Source: Neophaeotheca triangularis
Lineage: Eukaryota
Assembly: GCA_054600435.1 (NCBI GenBank)
Contig: BAAIJX010000005.1
Coordinates: 1 to 64,000, forward strand
DNA: 64,000 bases
Direction of reading: 5' to 3'
Shown: piece by piece, positions 25,745-38,200 of the stretch
Layout: each line of letters opens with the position of its first letter
Numbering within the stretch: the first letter of the stretch is position 1
The notes under the pieces: generated by a model
The model's input: only the letters and a program-made list of their open reading frames with translations
Database searches by the model: none
Told to the model about the DNA's origin: nothing
Program-made: the position numbers and the translations under genes

Positions 25745-28030
25745 TCAGCCCCACCCTCCCTTCCCTCCGAAACCACCAGAATCATCTCCGCCTCTACCTT
25801 TGTTCTTGTTGCCACCCTTCTGCTGCGCTGCCTCGTGCCTGCGTAACGCATCCGGAACCGCGCTGATCTTGCTCTTGCTCATCATCTGCTTGAGGTCGTA
25901 CATGACGTCGGCATCCTCGCTGCCCAAGAAGGTGATGGCGACACCAGTTTTGCCAGCACGGCCTGTACGTCCGATGCGATGGGTATAGGTGTCGATCTTT
26001 TCGGGCATGTTGAAGTTGACGACGAGACTAACATCGCTGACATCGAGACCACGACCCGCAACATCAGTGGCGACGAGGACTTGCGCTTTGCCGCTGCGCA
26101 AGCCCGAAAGGGCGGCCTCACGCTGGTCTTGCGACTTGGAGCCGGACATGGTGACGACGTCGAAGCCCATTTTGCGGACGTGATTGCCAACGGATTCGAC
26201 GTTGGCTTTGACGTTGACGAAGACGATGACAGGGGGTTCGAATTGCCTAGATTGGAGAATCTCCTGGAGACGCTTCTTGCGCTTGTCCTCGCCTTGAATC
26301 ATTTCGACGCGCTGCTCGACCGTTTCGACCGCTTCACCTTGGTTGCCGATGTTGATTTGAGCGGGACGACGAAGGTAGTTGCGGGCGATGCGTTCGACGG
26401 CGGTCGACATGGTGGCCGTGTACATCATTGTTTGCCTGTAACGCTCGTGTCCACCGAGCCAAGTCGACATGGCTTGCGCGTTCTCCGCAGCATCAGTGTC
26501 AGGCTTCTCGTTAGTCACGGGAAGTGCTTGGAGGATCTTTTGGACTGGCTCCTCGAAACCCATGTCGATCATGCGGTCGGCTTCGTCCATGATGACGTAG
26601 CAGCACTGGTTCAACACCAGCCAGCGTTGCTCGAGGGCATCACAGAGACGACCGGGAGTGGCAATAACAATCTCGGCGCCTCTGCTCAGCTCGTTGCTCT
26701 GGATCTCCATGCTGTGACCACCAATCATGCAGACGCTTCTGAAACCCAGAGGAGTGGCAAACTTGTCGGTCTCCGCCTTGATCTGTAGCGCAAGTTCACG
26801 CGTCGGGGCAAGGATGATCGCATAGGGGCCGTCATTTTTGGTGTAGTTGTCGAGGTGAGGCATATCCATGATGTAGCAGAGCAGGGGAAGAAGGAACGCA
26901 GCAGTCTTGCCAGAACCAGTGACGGCCACACCAATGAGATCGCGGGATTGCAAAGCGATGGGGATGGAAGCACGCTGGATGGGGGACGGCTCAGTGTAAC
27001 CGACCGAATCGACGACATCAAGCAGGGGCTGAGGAAGGCCGGACTCGTCCCACGTGCGCATGGGGTTAGGAATAGCGCCGCCTTTGGTTTGGATGCTGTA
27101 GTCCTCCTTGAAAATACGCCAGTCACGCTCGCGCATATCCGAGAGCTTCTTCTCGGACCAATGCTTGATGATGCCGTTTCTCGTGTCGTCCTTGCTGCGA
27201 TTGTGCTCCATCTTAAGGATGCGCGCGGCACGCTCACGACCGTGTTCAGGATCCGACTCTGCAATAGCCTTTGCGTACGTTTCACTCATTTGGTCCTTGA
27301 TAGTGTTGGCGTATCCGCCGGGTCTGCCTCTGCCGAAGAAGCTCAGCTCAGCCCTGTCGTTGTAGAGTGGGTTGTAGTCAACAGAAGTATCCTCGTCCAG
27401 GTTCCACTCAAAGTTGAACTTTTTCTCGGTGGTTCTCTTGCGCTTCTTCTTGGCGGAGAAGGTGGATTGGTTGACGTCGGCGCCCATGTAGCGGTCCTTG
27501 ACAAATGCAGCCTCCGCCTCTCCCTCATCAGGCCTATCGTTGACTGGTGCAGACTTGCCGTTCTTTTGGTTCTTGGGAGGGGGCGGCATGCTCTGACGAT
27601 CCGAGGCGGAGCGCATGGACGCGGGACCGGTAGGGATCTCGCCGGGGCGAAGGGAGCGGGGTTTGTTGAAATTTGCATCTCTCTGCGACTGTCCGTTCTG
27701 CTGGTAGCCACCGCCTTTGGATGCCTGCTCCGCCGCCCCATCAGGCGCGCGCGCGAATTTCTCCATGGTCTCCTTCCTGTTCTTCTCCAGCTTGGCCTTG
27801 TGCTCGGCATGCTCCTTGTTGCGCTTCTCAAGTGCTATAGCCTCACGCTCCTTCTTTGAGATGAACTTGGGCTTGTTCTCCGCCGCTTTCCTCGCCTTCT
27901 GCTGTGCAATGAAGTCGCCAGAGTCCAAGGGCACTACCGACTTGCGCTTCTTTACTGGTGGCATCACGCCATCGTCTGGGATATCTCCACTACTTAGCCT
28001 AGACGGCGTGTAGCCTTGTGGGTCGGACAT
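25745..28030 (-). CDS. PRP28: Pre-mRNA splicing DEAD-box helicase Prp28
   Basis: Intronless 761 aa with KKFNFEW, HWSEKKL...RDWRIFKED, AVTGSGKT, PTRELA, DEAD, ATDVAGRGLD and YTHRIGRTGRAG. Confidence 0.95.
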   Translation of the reverse strand: MSDPQGYTPSRLSSGDIPDDGVMPPVKKRKSVVPLDSGDFIAQQKARKAAENKPKFISKKEREAIALEKRNKEHAEHKAKLEKNRKETMEKFARAPDGAAEQASKGGGYQQNGQSQRDANFNKPRSLRPGEIPTGPASMRSASDRQSMPPPPKNQKNGKSAPVNDRPDEGEAEAAFVKDRYMGADVNQSTFSAKKKRKRTTEKKFNFEWNLDEDTSVDYNPLYNDRAELSFFGRGRPGGYANTIKDQMSETYAKAIAESDPEHGRERAARILKMEHNRSKDDTRNGIIKHWSEKKLSDMRERDWRIFKEDYSIQTKGGAIPNPMRTWDESGLPQPLLDVVDSVGYTEPSPIQRASIPIALQSRDLIGVAVTGSGKTAAFLLPLLCYIMDMPHLDNYTKNDGPYAIILAPTRELALQIKAETDKFATPLGFRSVCMIGGHSMEIQSNELSRGAEIVIATPGRLCDALEQRWLVLNQCCYVIMDEADRMIDMGFEEPVQKILQALPVTNEKPDTDAAENAQAMSTWLGGHERYRQTMMYTATMSTAVERIARNYLRRPAQINIGNQGEAVETVEQRVEMIQGEDKRKKRLQEILQSRQFEPPVIVFVNVKANVESVGNHVRKMGFDVVTMSGSKSQDQREAALSGLRSGKAQVLVATDVAGRGLDVSDVSLVVNFNMPEKIDTYTHRIGRTGRAGKTGVAITFLGSEDADVMYDLKQMMSKSKISAVPDALRRHEAAQQKGGNKNKGRGGDDSGGFGGKGGWG

Positions 28031-29471
28031 GATGTCGTCCTTGCGCGCTATCGTGTCTGGTGAAGTGAAGAGTGAAGGAAGAGCAGGAAGTTCTAAGCAT
28101 CCATGGATGCCTGCAAGTGACGGCCAGGGGGCACGAGCTTGCCGAACGCTGACTCAGCATGCGAGTATTGCCAAGCCCGCGCCTCGTATATTTTCTTTTC
28201 AATCTTCGTCTTCTTTCTTTTCTCCCTCAACAGTATCGCCTCTTTCCGGTTATCAATTCATACCTTATTGGTACTGTAATTCTACAATTATACTGTGCAG
28301 CTTTCATACCATCTCATGAGACGGCAGCAAGACAACAGGTAGAGCCTCCTCGAATCTGCCTACCATTACTCCCATTCCTTCAGTTACCCCAGTATTACAC
28401 CACAACACCACGATATGCCTGCTTCCTGGCTCCTTCACATAGCCTCCAAGCCTACTTCATTATTAGTGGAAGAGTAAAACCCACGGTGTAAGCAGCACCG
28501 CGTCTTCTCCACCCTTCTGATCCTGCCTCCAGTGGTGCAGAAGGACTATTTATTTGACGGACATTCCACCTATGTAATACTCGACTATCACTTTATGCAT
28601 TACTTGCTCGAAGCCCCTCAGGCTGAGATTTCGATCCAACCATGCCGTATTTGCGGGTTTGAGAGTACGGTAGGAGTGATGTATTTGGAAGGTCCCGGTA
28701 CATTTCGGCTGAGCAGATGGCTTGGTTACCACGTCCGATGGTCATTCCAATCTGCTTCTAAATACCTAGACAGACTTTCTTTCGTTCATTACATGCCAAG
28801 CTGGTGGCGGCCGCCTGCGATTAAACGCCGCCTGGGCCTTTGGACTTTACCTACCCTTTAAGCCATAGACCCGAGTACCTAGAGAGATGGATGTTGCAAG
28901 CCTCCGCCTGACGTCGAGAAGCTTTACGCAAACACCGCAGGGTACTTCCGCCACTTGTGAAAATCGAAATGCCCTAGCTACGGGGGAGTCGAGGCTCTAT
29001 AAGGTGTAGCAATCAACTAACCTGCTCTAGTAGAGACTGCATGCTGCTGACGGCGGGTCCCGTGCGGACGAGAAGCAAAGAGAGACCTAAGGCGAGATTG
29101 TAAGAACCCTGTGGGCAGCGCTTGATCTGTCCAGCGTTAACTGGAAGCAAGAAGGAGAGCTAGTTGACCGCGACATCGAATCTCGGAGAAAAGAGTCTCG
29201 TGGGGCTACGAAGTAGACAATAATGCGTAGGTCGATAAGGCTTAAGGGACTTAGGAACCGCTTAACTAGGTAATCCATGGACCATGGCCCATGGGGTGTC
29301 TGCCAAGCCTCCTGGCTGGGGGACTAGCGTCTCGAGTGCGCCACAACCGCAGAGCAGCCACAAGTAGTGAGATTGGATCGACATCGTACCTCAACTTCAG
29401 ATTATAGGTACTCATGCAGCTTCGCAGCGTCCACGCCAACGACCCCCCCTCCAGCCTCGTACTCCCTCGCC

Positions 29472-32400
29472 ATGGAGGCATCTCGTCAACGTGCGCCCAG
29501 GCTACGTCGGCAACACACCTCGGAAGACGGCGTGATCCAACATCGTACGGAACTGAGCCGCGAAAAAGACGTCTACAAGTACCTCCACACCTGGGCCAAC
29601 CTCCATCAACCTCCTGCCCTCTACAGACACGCCTTCCCCCCAGATAATGAGCCTCTCCATTCTCCGGAGCCGGGACGCGACACCACCTTGGCAGCTCTCG
29701 CCCAGCTCTGTGCTCTACGACTCAGAGCGCGCCGATGCTTGGTCACTCTCATCTCAACCGGCACCGAGTACGTTCTCGCCGAGGCGACATGCACCATGTC
29801 GCTGCAACATGATTTGGTGGAGGACGAAAAAGATACCCCCTGGCTGGGCACCTGCAGTTTCCCCCGCAGCGACGGCCTGAACGACGTCGTCGTGGACCAC
29901 TGGCGCAAGGCACGCCATCTCCGGGAGCTCCCTCAAGACAACCAGTTCTACTACAGCGAGGGCCGCTCGCCGCATTGGTTCATTGTCAGTGACACGATCA
30001 ATAATCCCGAATACAACGACCGTGCCTTTGTGTCTCGCGCGCCTCGGCTGCGCTTCTTCTGCTCCGTTCCGCTCCGTGATTCCCATGGCTCGGTTATCGG
30101 ATCCCTGAGCGTCATGGACGACAAGCCTCGCTTCGGAGTCAGTGCGTCCGAGATGCTTCTCCTTGAAGGTAATGTAGACACAATCGCAGCCCACCTGGAC
30201 TCTTTGGTGACAAAGTCGCGGCAGCAGCGGAGCGAGCGCCTCATCCAGGCTCTGGGACTGTTCAACAGCCGTAAAGACTCGCTAAGAGAATGGTGGCTGG
30301 GGCAAGACATGCGACGCCCGAGAGAAGGTGGTCGCTACATGCACCAAGAGGTGGATTCTCGGGAACAACAACAAGATAAGATGGACAAGGAGTTTGGCGT
30401 TCAAGACGCATCCGAATCATCTGATGCAGCTCAGCGGCGCAAAAAGCGCGAGTTCAGCGACGACTCGCAGTCTACCGAGGCTGTTAATACAACGCCAGCC
30501 ACTGAGACGAATGCAAACGCCTCCAATGCCAGGGACAAGGAGGGAATAACTGGCACCGATTTTGACACCCGTCCTGCTGCACCTCTACAGTCCCAACCCG
30601 AGTTTGCTGGCGTCGGTGGCGATCCAGCGCAATCAGCGGCATCTCGGCAAAGCAATACGCGGAAGAAAAGACAGGGACCGGGGACAGCAGGCTTCGACTT
30701 GCCTCGACAGTCGGAGGATGCATACGCCCGAGCTAGCAACCTCATCTGCGAGGCGATGCACGTCGATGGCGTGGTGTTTGTTGACGCCAAGGCTGCGTCT
30801 GCGGCTCTTCCCTCGAGGCGTCGTCCCGGGGGCAGTGAAGCCCCAGGCGCACACTTAAGTTCGTCGACACTGACCCAAAGTGGAGCGGCCACGGGCACTT
30901 CAAGTGACGATGGTGCTGCTTCAGACGATCCCAATGCTTCCAAACTATGTACGCTCAAAGGATTCGCTACGAGAAATCGATCGACGCTCGCAGGTCCATC
31001 TCCGTCTCGCCAATTCTCGCTTCACGAGGTAGAGCTTCGAAAACTAATCAAAAGATACCCTAACGGCAAAGTCTTCAACTTCGCCGAATCCGGTGGCATA
31101 TACTCGAGCTCGGGCGAGGACCCAGGACCCGGTTCTAGCGAATCTAGTGAAGACCAACCGAGCACGCGACAAGACCCCCGCAAAACTCGTGCAAGCAGAG
31201 ACGCAAAGAGACTGGGAGAAGTCCTCGTCGGAGCACGGAGCATTGCCTTTTTCCCTATCATGGATCACGCTTCGGAGTTTTACCGCTCTGCAGTTTTCGT
31301 CTGGAGCACAACACCACTGCGATATTTCGACAGCATCGAAGACATGACTTACTTATCTGCCTTTGCGCACAGCATGACGGCGGAAATTGCCCGATTGCAA
31401 ACACTTGCGTCAGACAATGCAAAAGCCACATTCATCTCATCAATCAGCCACGAACTGCGATCGCCTCTTCACGGCGTCCTAGCCGGCGCTGAGCTGTTAC
31501 AAGAGACCGAGCTCACTAGCTTCCAGCACGAGATGGCCTGCACAGTCTCCATGGCCGGGAGGACTTTACTAGATACGTTGGTTACGCACTGCACCGTTCT
31601 GCGAATACGGCAACTACTAACGTTACCAGGGTGAACAACGTCCTAGACTACTCCAAACTCAGCAGTCGTGTGCATCCAGGCATGAAGAGTACCACGCACG
31701 AAAAAGACAGCTCTTTGGTCGACCTCGCGCGCCTTGTAGAAGAGTGGGTCGTTATCTTTGTCTCCCTGCTATCCTACATGTCTGACCTCCTTGCAGCACC
31801 GTGGAAACGGTTGTTTCGGCTCACAGATATCATCGCACGTTAGGGTCCTGGCTCCCGAACGGGGGCAACTCGCAAGTAGCCCAGTCATACACGCCTCCGT
31901 CGTCTGTCGGCGAAGATGTGGCTGTAGTGCTCGATATTGAGAAGAGAGACAATTGGACGGGCGAGTTTTCGCGCGGTTCTTGGACCCGGGTCATTACAAA
32001 CCTAGTTGGTGTGTCCTCTCAACAGCGCTGCAGCAATCAAGCACCCGCGTTCGCTTCTCCCGATTACTCCTTCCGCTGACTGCCACAAAAGGGAACGCTC
32101 TCAAATACACGAGAGCGGGCGTTGTAACCGTGTCATTGCGTGCACCCGATAAGGCTCCAGAGAGTGACACTCTCCCTGTCGAACTTGTTGTCCAAGATAC
32201 TGGGATAGGCATGTCTGAAGACTTCCTCGCTGCCGACCTCTTCACGCCATATCGACAAGCCGACCCAAACACCGTCGGCACCGGTCTAGGCCTCAGTATT
32301 GTGAAGCACATTGCTCAAACCATCGGAGCCCGGCTCGACATTCAAAGCGAGCTCGACAAAGGAACCAGAGTCTCCATGAGGCTTAGCGTAAATTTGAGCA

Positions 32401-33784
32401 ACGATGGACTTGCTGCCGAGAACGTTGACGAACAAGATTCACGACTCGTCGAAGATGCACCATCCATAAGTCCACGTCTATTTCACCTCTTTGCCCCGAA
32501 CGAGACACAAGGAGTCGCCGCTGGCGCAATAGGCCGGAGTGTTATTCGTACCGCTTCTGATTGGCTGCAAAGCGTCACGACGTCCGGCTTATACTGGGCC
32601 ACGGACTCCGACAATAGCGTTTGCGCTATACTTGAGAGCGAGCTCGAAATATTGGCAGAGTCACAGCCTCGCGCCCTTTCTTTGGCCATGTCCGGGCTTG
32701 TCACCCGCAACATGCCCCTCCTTGTTCTCGCGCGCAATCTGCATGGCATTTCGCCTTCGTCTGTCTTGGACGACTTCAAAGTACGCCCTATATTCATTCA
32801 TCAACCGTAAGTCACTCGTAACGGTGGGCAACTGTTTGAACCTTCCAGCATGTACCGAGCGTGCTGTTCCACCCTGTCGAAACGGGCTGACACCCAACAC
32901 AGCATCGGCCCTCGGAAACTACTTCGAGCAGTGAAAGCGAGCCAAGATCCTTTGGCAGAGATGAGCCAACAGAGGCCTTCACTGCTATCGTCTCGGCAAG
33001 CAAGCACCTCAGCTACTAGTAAGGGAGACAACGGGAGTCAAATGGACCGCCTACCAACCCGGAGCTCTGTCAAGAGAGCGCAGAGTAGCGACAACAAGTC
33101 TTCGAGCCTTGCAGCTGCTGGATCCGCTAGTGGCGTTTCTGTGCGCACTTCTCTCAACAGAATGCCCTCCATCAGAGCGAGCGTCGCCAAATCTCCGCAG
33201 GCGGTCAATCCGTCGGCTCTCGAGCCACCTTCCTACGAGCACAGTGCTCAACTTGAGTCCAGCGAAGTCCCAAACCCGGCTAATAGAGAGACTGCGCTTC
33301 TAGTCGAAGATAACGTAATCAATCTAAAGGTAGGTCTTGACCAAGGAACTCAGCGCAAATACCAGAACAAGCTGTCCACGACTCCGCAACCGACTAATCA
33401 TATCCCCTGTAACAGTTCCTAAAAGTCCTGATGGACAAGCTCAAACTTCCCTACGACACGGCCGTCGACGGCGAAAAAGCCCTCGACATGTTCACCGCGA
33501 ACCCCTTTCGATACTTCCTCATCTTGACCGACATATCCATGCCCATCATGGACGGCAACGAAGCAACGGCTCGGATTCGTGACGTAGAGAAAAAGCGGAA
33601 AATCCCGCGCACAACCATCGTAGCCATCTCCGGAGTCGCGAACGTCGAGTCGCAGAAAACCTCTTTTGCTGCAGGAGTCGATCAGTATTTTGTTAAACCG
33701 ATCAGGATGAAGGATATCAGTAGTGTGGTTGAGGGGATTAAGCTGGCGGCTAAGGGCGGGTTGGTGGAAGCTGCTGAGACATGA
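29472..33784 (+). CDS. Hybrid histidine kinase (GAF-HisKA-HATPase-receiver), resembling fungal group I HHKs
   Basis: GAF (LRFFCSVPLRDSHGSVIGSLSVMDDKPR), H-box FISSISHELRSPLHG, N-box NLVGNALKYT, G1 DTGIGM, G2 GTGLGLSIV, receiver LLVEDNVIN...TDISMPIMDG...FVKP. Introns 31577-31629, 31744-31796, 32009-32091, 32807-32902 and 33330-33415 keep the frame. First ATG at 29472. Confidence 0.9.
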
Positions 33785-35834
33785 GGGCTGTGTCCGAGGG
33801 TACGGTTGTGACTTGTAGGCTTTGCACCTCCGTCGTCTTTGAAGACGGGAGCTGAGCGCGTGGCGTCTGAAACCGCAACGTTGATTGGGCGAGAGTAGGA
33901 ACATCTTAATCGACCACGGCTTTACGAAAAATGACGAGTGGAGTCCGCCTCGTCTAAACCGACGATAAATCGATCAGCGCCTCGAAACCGAAGCCATCGT
34001 TTGTAAGGCTTACAAGACGAGAACAATGGCAAAGCGCCTCTGCTTCAGAGCCTGAAAGGAGTCAAGGGCGGCCTTTAGAGGGTACTCGGCGCCCTAGTAT
34101 CGCTGCAAAACGATCCCGTAACTAAGCACGCACGGATTGCTCGTCACCTAGCACTGCCGCCTACCGCCTCCATAAAAGACATCCTAGACGAGACGCTTTC
34201 CCCAGCTCGCGCACAGTCAAGTCGACGTCGAGAACCTGAAGCAGATGGACACGACCCGCGAGGACTTTTAGAAGACAGTAGGTGGTCTCGTCTTCTCCTA
34301 CAAGGCAGGATACACGATCCACCGCTTAGTGCTCTGCAGACGCGACATTGACGTCTGCGACGAGTACGACATCATGTTTGTCTTCGCGACAAAGTGTAGA
34401 CCCAGCAAGGACGATACCCGTTGTGAGGACTGCCACGGTTTTCCCTTGATTTCCCACATGAGCCATGGCAATGGATAGCTTATTTTAGTGGGCAAGGTGG
34501 CCTCTCACGCGCTGATGCCTTCGCAATACAAGAGTGAACAGAGCTGGCAGCAAGCGAGTTTCAAACACTCCTATCCTGAGTCTTTTCAGCAGAGTGTCAG
34601 TGAGCGGTGGAGGGGGTGGGGTTTCTAACTCTAGAGGCAAGACAAGCCCGTCGTAAGTGGTGGAGGTTTAAAGCGAGAGTTCTAGACCAGCTCTCTCGGA
34701 TAATACATGCCCCTGAGTATAGCTTTGTCGGGGAACACCCCATCTTTGTGGCAGCGATTGAAACTTAAAGTCTGATAATGCGTAAGGTAGTTGGAAATCA
34801 TTTGCTCAGGGGCAGCGTCATCTGCATCCAAGCGCAACACTTTATCTTTTCAGCTTTCGTGGACGTTTGCACGCTCTCTTGCATCCCCTCGAAAGGATCC
34901 CGATCAATGAGCCCTCCGTCTCCGCTCCGAAGCTCTGCGCCCGAGACTGCCATATCCTGCGTCGTCGGAATCATTTCCCAAAGTGGCATCGAGTCCAGGG
35001 ACGAGTTCGAGCAGCCTTGTTTCCGATTCGTATTCCAAATCAAACAACGACATGTTAAGCACCCAAACAGCACAAAGGTAAATTTTGGAGATGGCCCCAA
35101 CTATCAAAGACCAGCAAGCAGATTCACAAGGTCTGTCTATGCATGAGGAAGCCCTGAGAGCAGGTAGGTGCCTAGCTAGGAAGCCGACTCAAAGCTCGAG
35201 TAAGAAGCCAGCTGGGCATCGCGATGTCTCAAGGAAACCGTTTCACGGTGGCAATTAATTACCTTGCAGTCATCGTTCGAGATTTTTAACTTCTTGGAGG
35301 ATCGGTCGTGCCGGTCCTTGCTAACTAACGGGGGCGGGGGGATATCTCTCGAGCTCATGGCTCGCTGTGGAAACCACACTCAGGAAACGTTAAGGTTGCC
35401 GGTCGTTACACGCCAGAGCTGACGAGCGTGAGAATGCGGACAACAGCACCGTGGATCATCTTCTTGAAAGCGGTTCAAAGCCGATAGATCAAGCGTGGTG
35501 GCAAACCAGGAGGCCACGGAAAACGATCGGCACCACGACATAGTTGGTCAGAATCCTCCTTAGTACCAGATTAGTTGGTCATGGAAGTTTCCTGGTTGAC
35601 TCAATAACGACTAGGTGTCAAGATATTTCTGTCGTCATAAGGCTGCAGCATTGTTCTTGCAATCTGGATATACTCTTGTAGGATATCGCCCCATTGAACA
35701 ATCACCCCAAGCAGGCACGGTTGTCCAAATGTCACGCTTCAAAATATACAGTAGCACACGATGAAATTTAAGAAATGACACTTCCCCCTAGCTCCGGACC
35801 CAGGGTACCCCTTCGCAACCTTACTCCATTCAAC

Positions 35835-36959
35835 CTAACCCTGCTTAGGCTTCTGCGCCTGCGGCCCCATCTCCTTGCTAAACGCCGCGTAACTAACCTG
35901 CAACCCAGCCAGCGCCGTCATGCCCACGTACAAGATCACCAACAGCAGCAAACTGACTGTGAGCGTCATGAATAGTCCTGGGGTGAGGAATTGGTACTTC
36001 TCGAAGAGCGGGAGGTTAGATTGCGGGTTGGTGGTGGAGTTATCCTTGTCGTCCGAGGAGTCGGCGCGGTGGTGGAGTTGGCGCTTGAGGTCTTGGTGGA
36101 GTGCGCTCGGGTAGGGTTCGTCCATTTCGTATTGGTATTCGGGGAGGTCTTGGGGAAGGTTGGTGGTGGTAGTGGTGGTCGTGTAGATTAGGACGTATGC
36201 GGCGTTAGAGGGGAGTTGGGAGAGCTGCTTCTCGAGGGCCGCGTCTGTGGATTAATCATGTTAGCCTCGAGTCTCCAACGACAGACCACAACCGCAGCGG
36301 ATCAGGCTTACCGTTCGCAACAAGCGCTTCAGCTCTCGCCGGCTGCTCCTTCGGCAGAGCCTCGTAGCTAACCTGAGCAATCTTGTTTCCATGACCCGTC
36401 TCAACAACACGCTCAAAACCTGTCCTCAAAGTCAGCCTCCAAACCCCTCCTAAACCACCATCTCCCCCGAACGCTCGACTCACCTCCCTGCAACCCAACC
36501 GCTCTCTCACCCCCACAGCCCTCCACCAAGCCCTGCACCAAACCCTCCCCATCCAACGCACCAAATACACTCCCGACCTCCATAACCGACTCTCGACTCT
36601 CCCTCACTCGCTCCCGCAGAGCAGGCATCGCACTCTCCTCCTCAAAATCCCCCCCGCCCACTCCAGCCTGATGTACCACAACCGCATATTCCCACCCGGC
36701 ACACTCAGGCTCGCTCGTCAAAGCACCCATGACCTTGTCCCGTAGACTCGAGGCGGTCGCCACGTTCGCGCTCTGGAGCTCGAGACTGCGGTTTTAGAAG
36801 TTAGTGCTTTGTGTGTTGTAGTACGGGCAAGCTCGAGAGTGCGGCTTACCCGGTTTTTGCGCCATTGTTGGTGGTCAGGAAGAAGGGAGATGCGTTTTCG
36901 AAAGCGCTGGCGAGGCTTGTTGCGGCTGCGCTTGTCGTGAGGAGGCGCCTGAGTTGCAT
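35835..36959 (-). CDS. V-ATPase assembly/accessory protein, Voa1/Ac45 (BIG1-like annotation) type I membrane protein
   Basis: Exons 36959-36850, 36785-36484, 36419-36312, 36244-35835. Signal peptide MQLRRLLTTSAAATSLASAF and C-terminal LPLFEKYQFLTPGLFM-TM-LQVSYAAFSKEMGP, typical of the Ac45/Voa1 TM segment. Confidence 0.8.
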
Positions 36960-37186
36960 GGTGAGGTGGCTCTGGCTGGGGTTGCGCCTTTGAATCTGGT
37001 CCAGCTGGCTTTGGTTTGGTCTATTGTTGTAGAGAGGGAGTGGGTAATGCGAGAGGTGTTGCTGTTGTTATCGCTGGACTCGGGTCGAGTGAGGTGAGGT
37101 GTGGTATAGGAAGTGTGGTGATGGAGGTGTGGTGTTGGTAGTGACGGTGCAGCTTGCCCGTGTAAGCAGGCAGGCGAGCTCGCTCG

Positions 37187-38200
37187 GACGGTCACCCAAG
37201 CATACCCAGCGACGGATTTCTGTCCCTACGTCCCGCTTAAACTTCTATCTTTCACTTTCCTAGTCATAAGATAATTGTATATACCTCGCTATATAGACTT
37301 CTATATTACTAGAAGACTAAGGATATCATGCTTTACCGTAAGATTTACCTTAGGTTATATCGTAAGGCATCTTACCCCGTCGCATTATAAGGCCCCTTCG
37401 CATTTTACCCTATCACATTATGAGGCCCCGTCGCATTATGAGGTCGCCGTCGCATTATAAGGCCCTATCGCATTATGAGGCCCCGTCGCATCTTGTCCCG
37501 TCGCATTATAAGGCCCTATCGCATTATAAGGTGGCCGTCGCATTATGAGGCCCCGTCGCATTATAAGGCCCCGTCGCATCTTATCCCGTCGCATTATAAG
37601 GCCCCGTCGCATCTTGTCCCGTCGCATTATGAGGTCGCCGTCGCATTATGAGGCCCTATCGCATTATAAGGCCCCGTCGTATCTTGTCCCGTCGCATTAT
37701 AAGGTCGCCGTCGCATTATGAGGCCCCGTCGCATTATGAGGTTGCCGTCGCATTATAAGGTCGCCGTTGCATTATAAGGCCCTGTCATATCTTGTCCCGT
37801 CGCATTATGAGGTCGCCGTCGCATTATGAGGTCGCCGTCGCATTATGAGGCCCCATCGTATCTTATCCCGTCGCATTATGAGGTCGCCCGGGCCGTCGTA
37901 TTATGAGGCCCCGTCGTATTATGAGGCCCTATCGCGTCTTGCCCCGTCGTATCTTGCCCCGTCGTACCGTGAGGTCGCCGTCGTATCGTGAAGCCCGTCG
38001 CATTGTGAGGTCGTAGGCCCCGTCGTACCGTGAGGTCGCCGTCGCATCGTGAAGCCCGTCGCATCTCGAAGTCGCCGTCGCATCTCGAGGTCGCTGTCGT
38101 ATTAAAACATTGTTATCTAGGTAGGGGGGGAAGAATAGGTAGAAGTTTAAGCGGGACATTAGGACAGAAATCCGTCGCTGGGTATGCTTGGGTGACCGTC
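37187..38200. mobile_element. Non-autonomous TIR DNA element (MITE-like, 1,014 bp) with internal minisatellite
   Basis: Left TIR 37187-37247 and right TIR 38140-38200 are inverted copies, with the first 39 bp identical and 3 mismatches in 61 bp. CTCG flanks both ends directly (37183-37186, 38201-38204). No transposase ORF; the interior is TpA-rich. Confidence 0.85.
37377..38103. repeat. Compound minisatellite, about 41 units of mostly 15-19 bp beginning CCGTCGCAT
   Basis: Unit types CCGTCGCATTATRAGGCC (18), CCGTCGCATTATRAGGTCG (19) and CCGTCGCATCTTGTC (15) are interspersed; counted by eye. Confidence 0.95.

Noticed and set aside
25979..27859. Long antisense ORFs (269 and 334 aa) opposite PRP28
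   Set aside because: Shadow ORFs from GC-rich codon bias of the real gene.
15906..33784. Secondary-metabolite cluster around the ABC transporter
   Set aside because: No PKS, NRPS, terpene synthase or tailoring enzymes are present.
33800..35750. Possible gene or ncRNA in the gap after the histidine kinase (similarly 52400-53700 and 56250-57400)
   Set aside because: No spliceable recognisable protein, tRNA, snRNA or rRNA motif found by eye. An Rfam/BLASTX search would be needed.
37377..38103. CRISPR-like array
   Set aside because: No unique spacers: the tails are a few recurring short variants. No cas genes, and the context is eukaryotic.
37436..38159. Arg-rich repeat ORFs (MRRGLI..., 62-76 aa) in the array
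   Set aside because: Unit lengths of 15/18/19 bp break the frame repeatedly; these are translation artefacts of the minisatellite.
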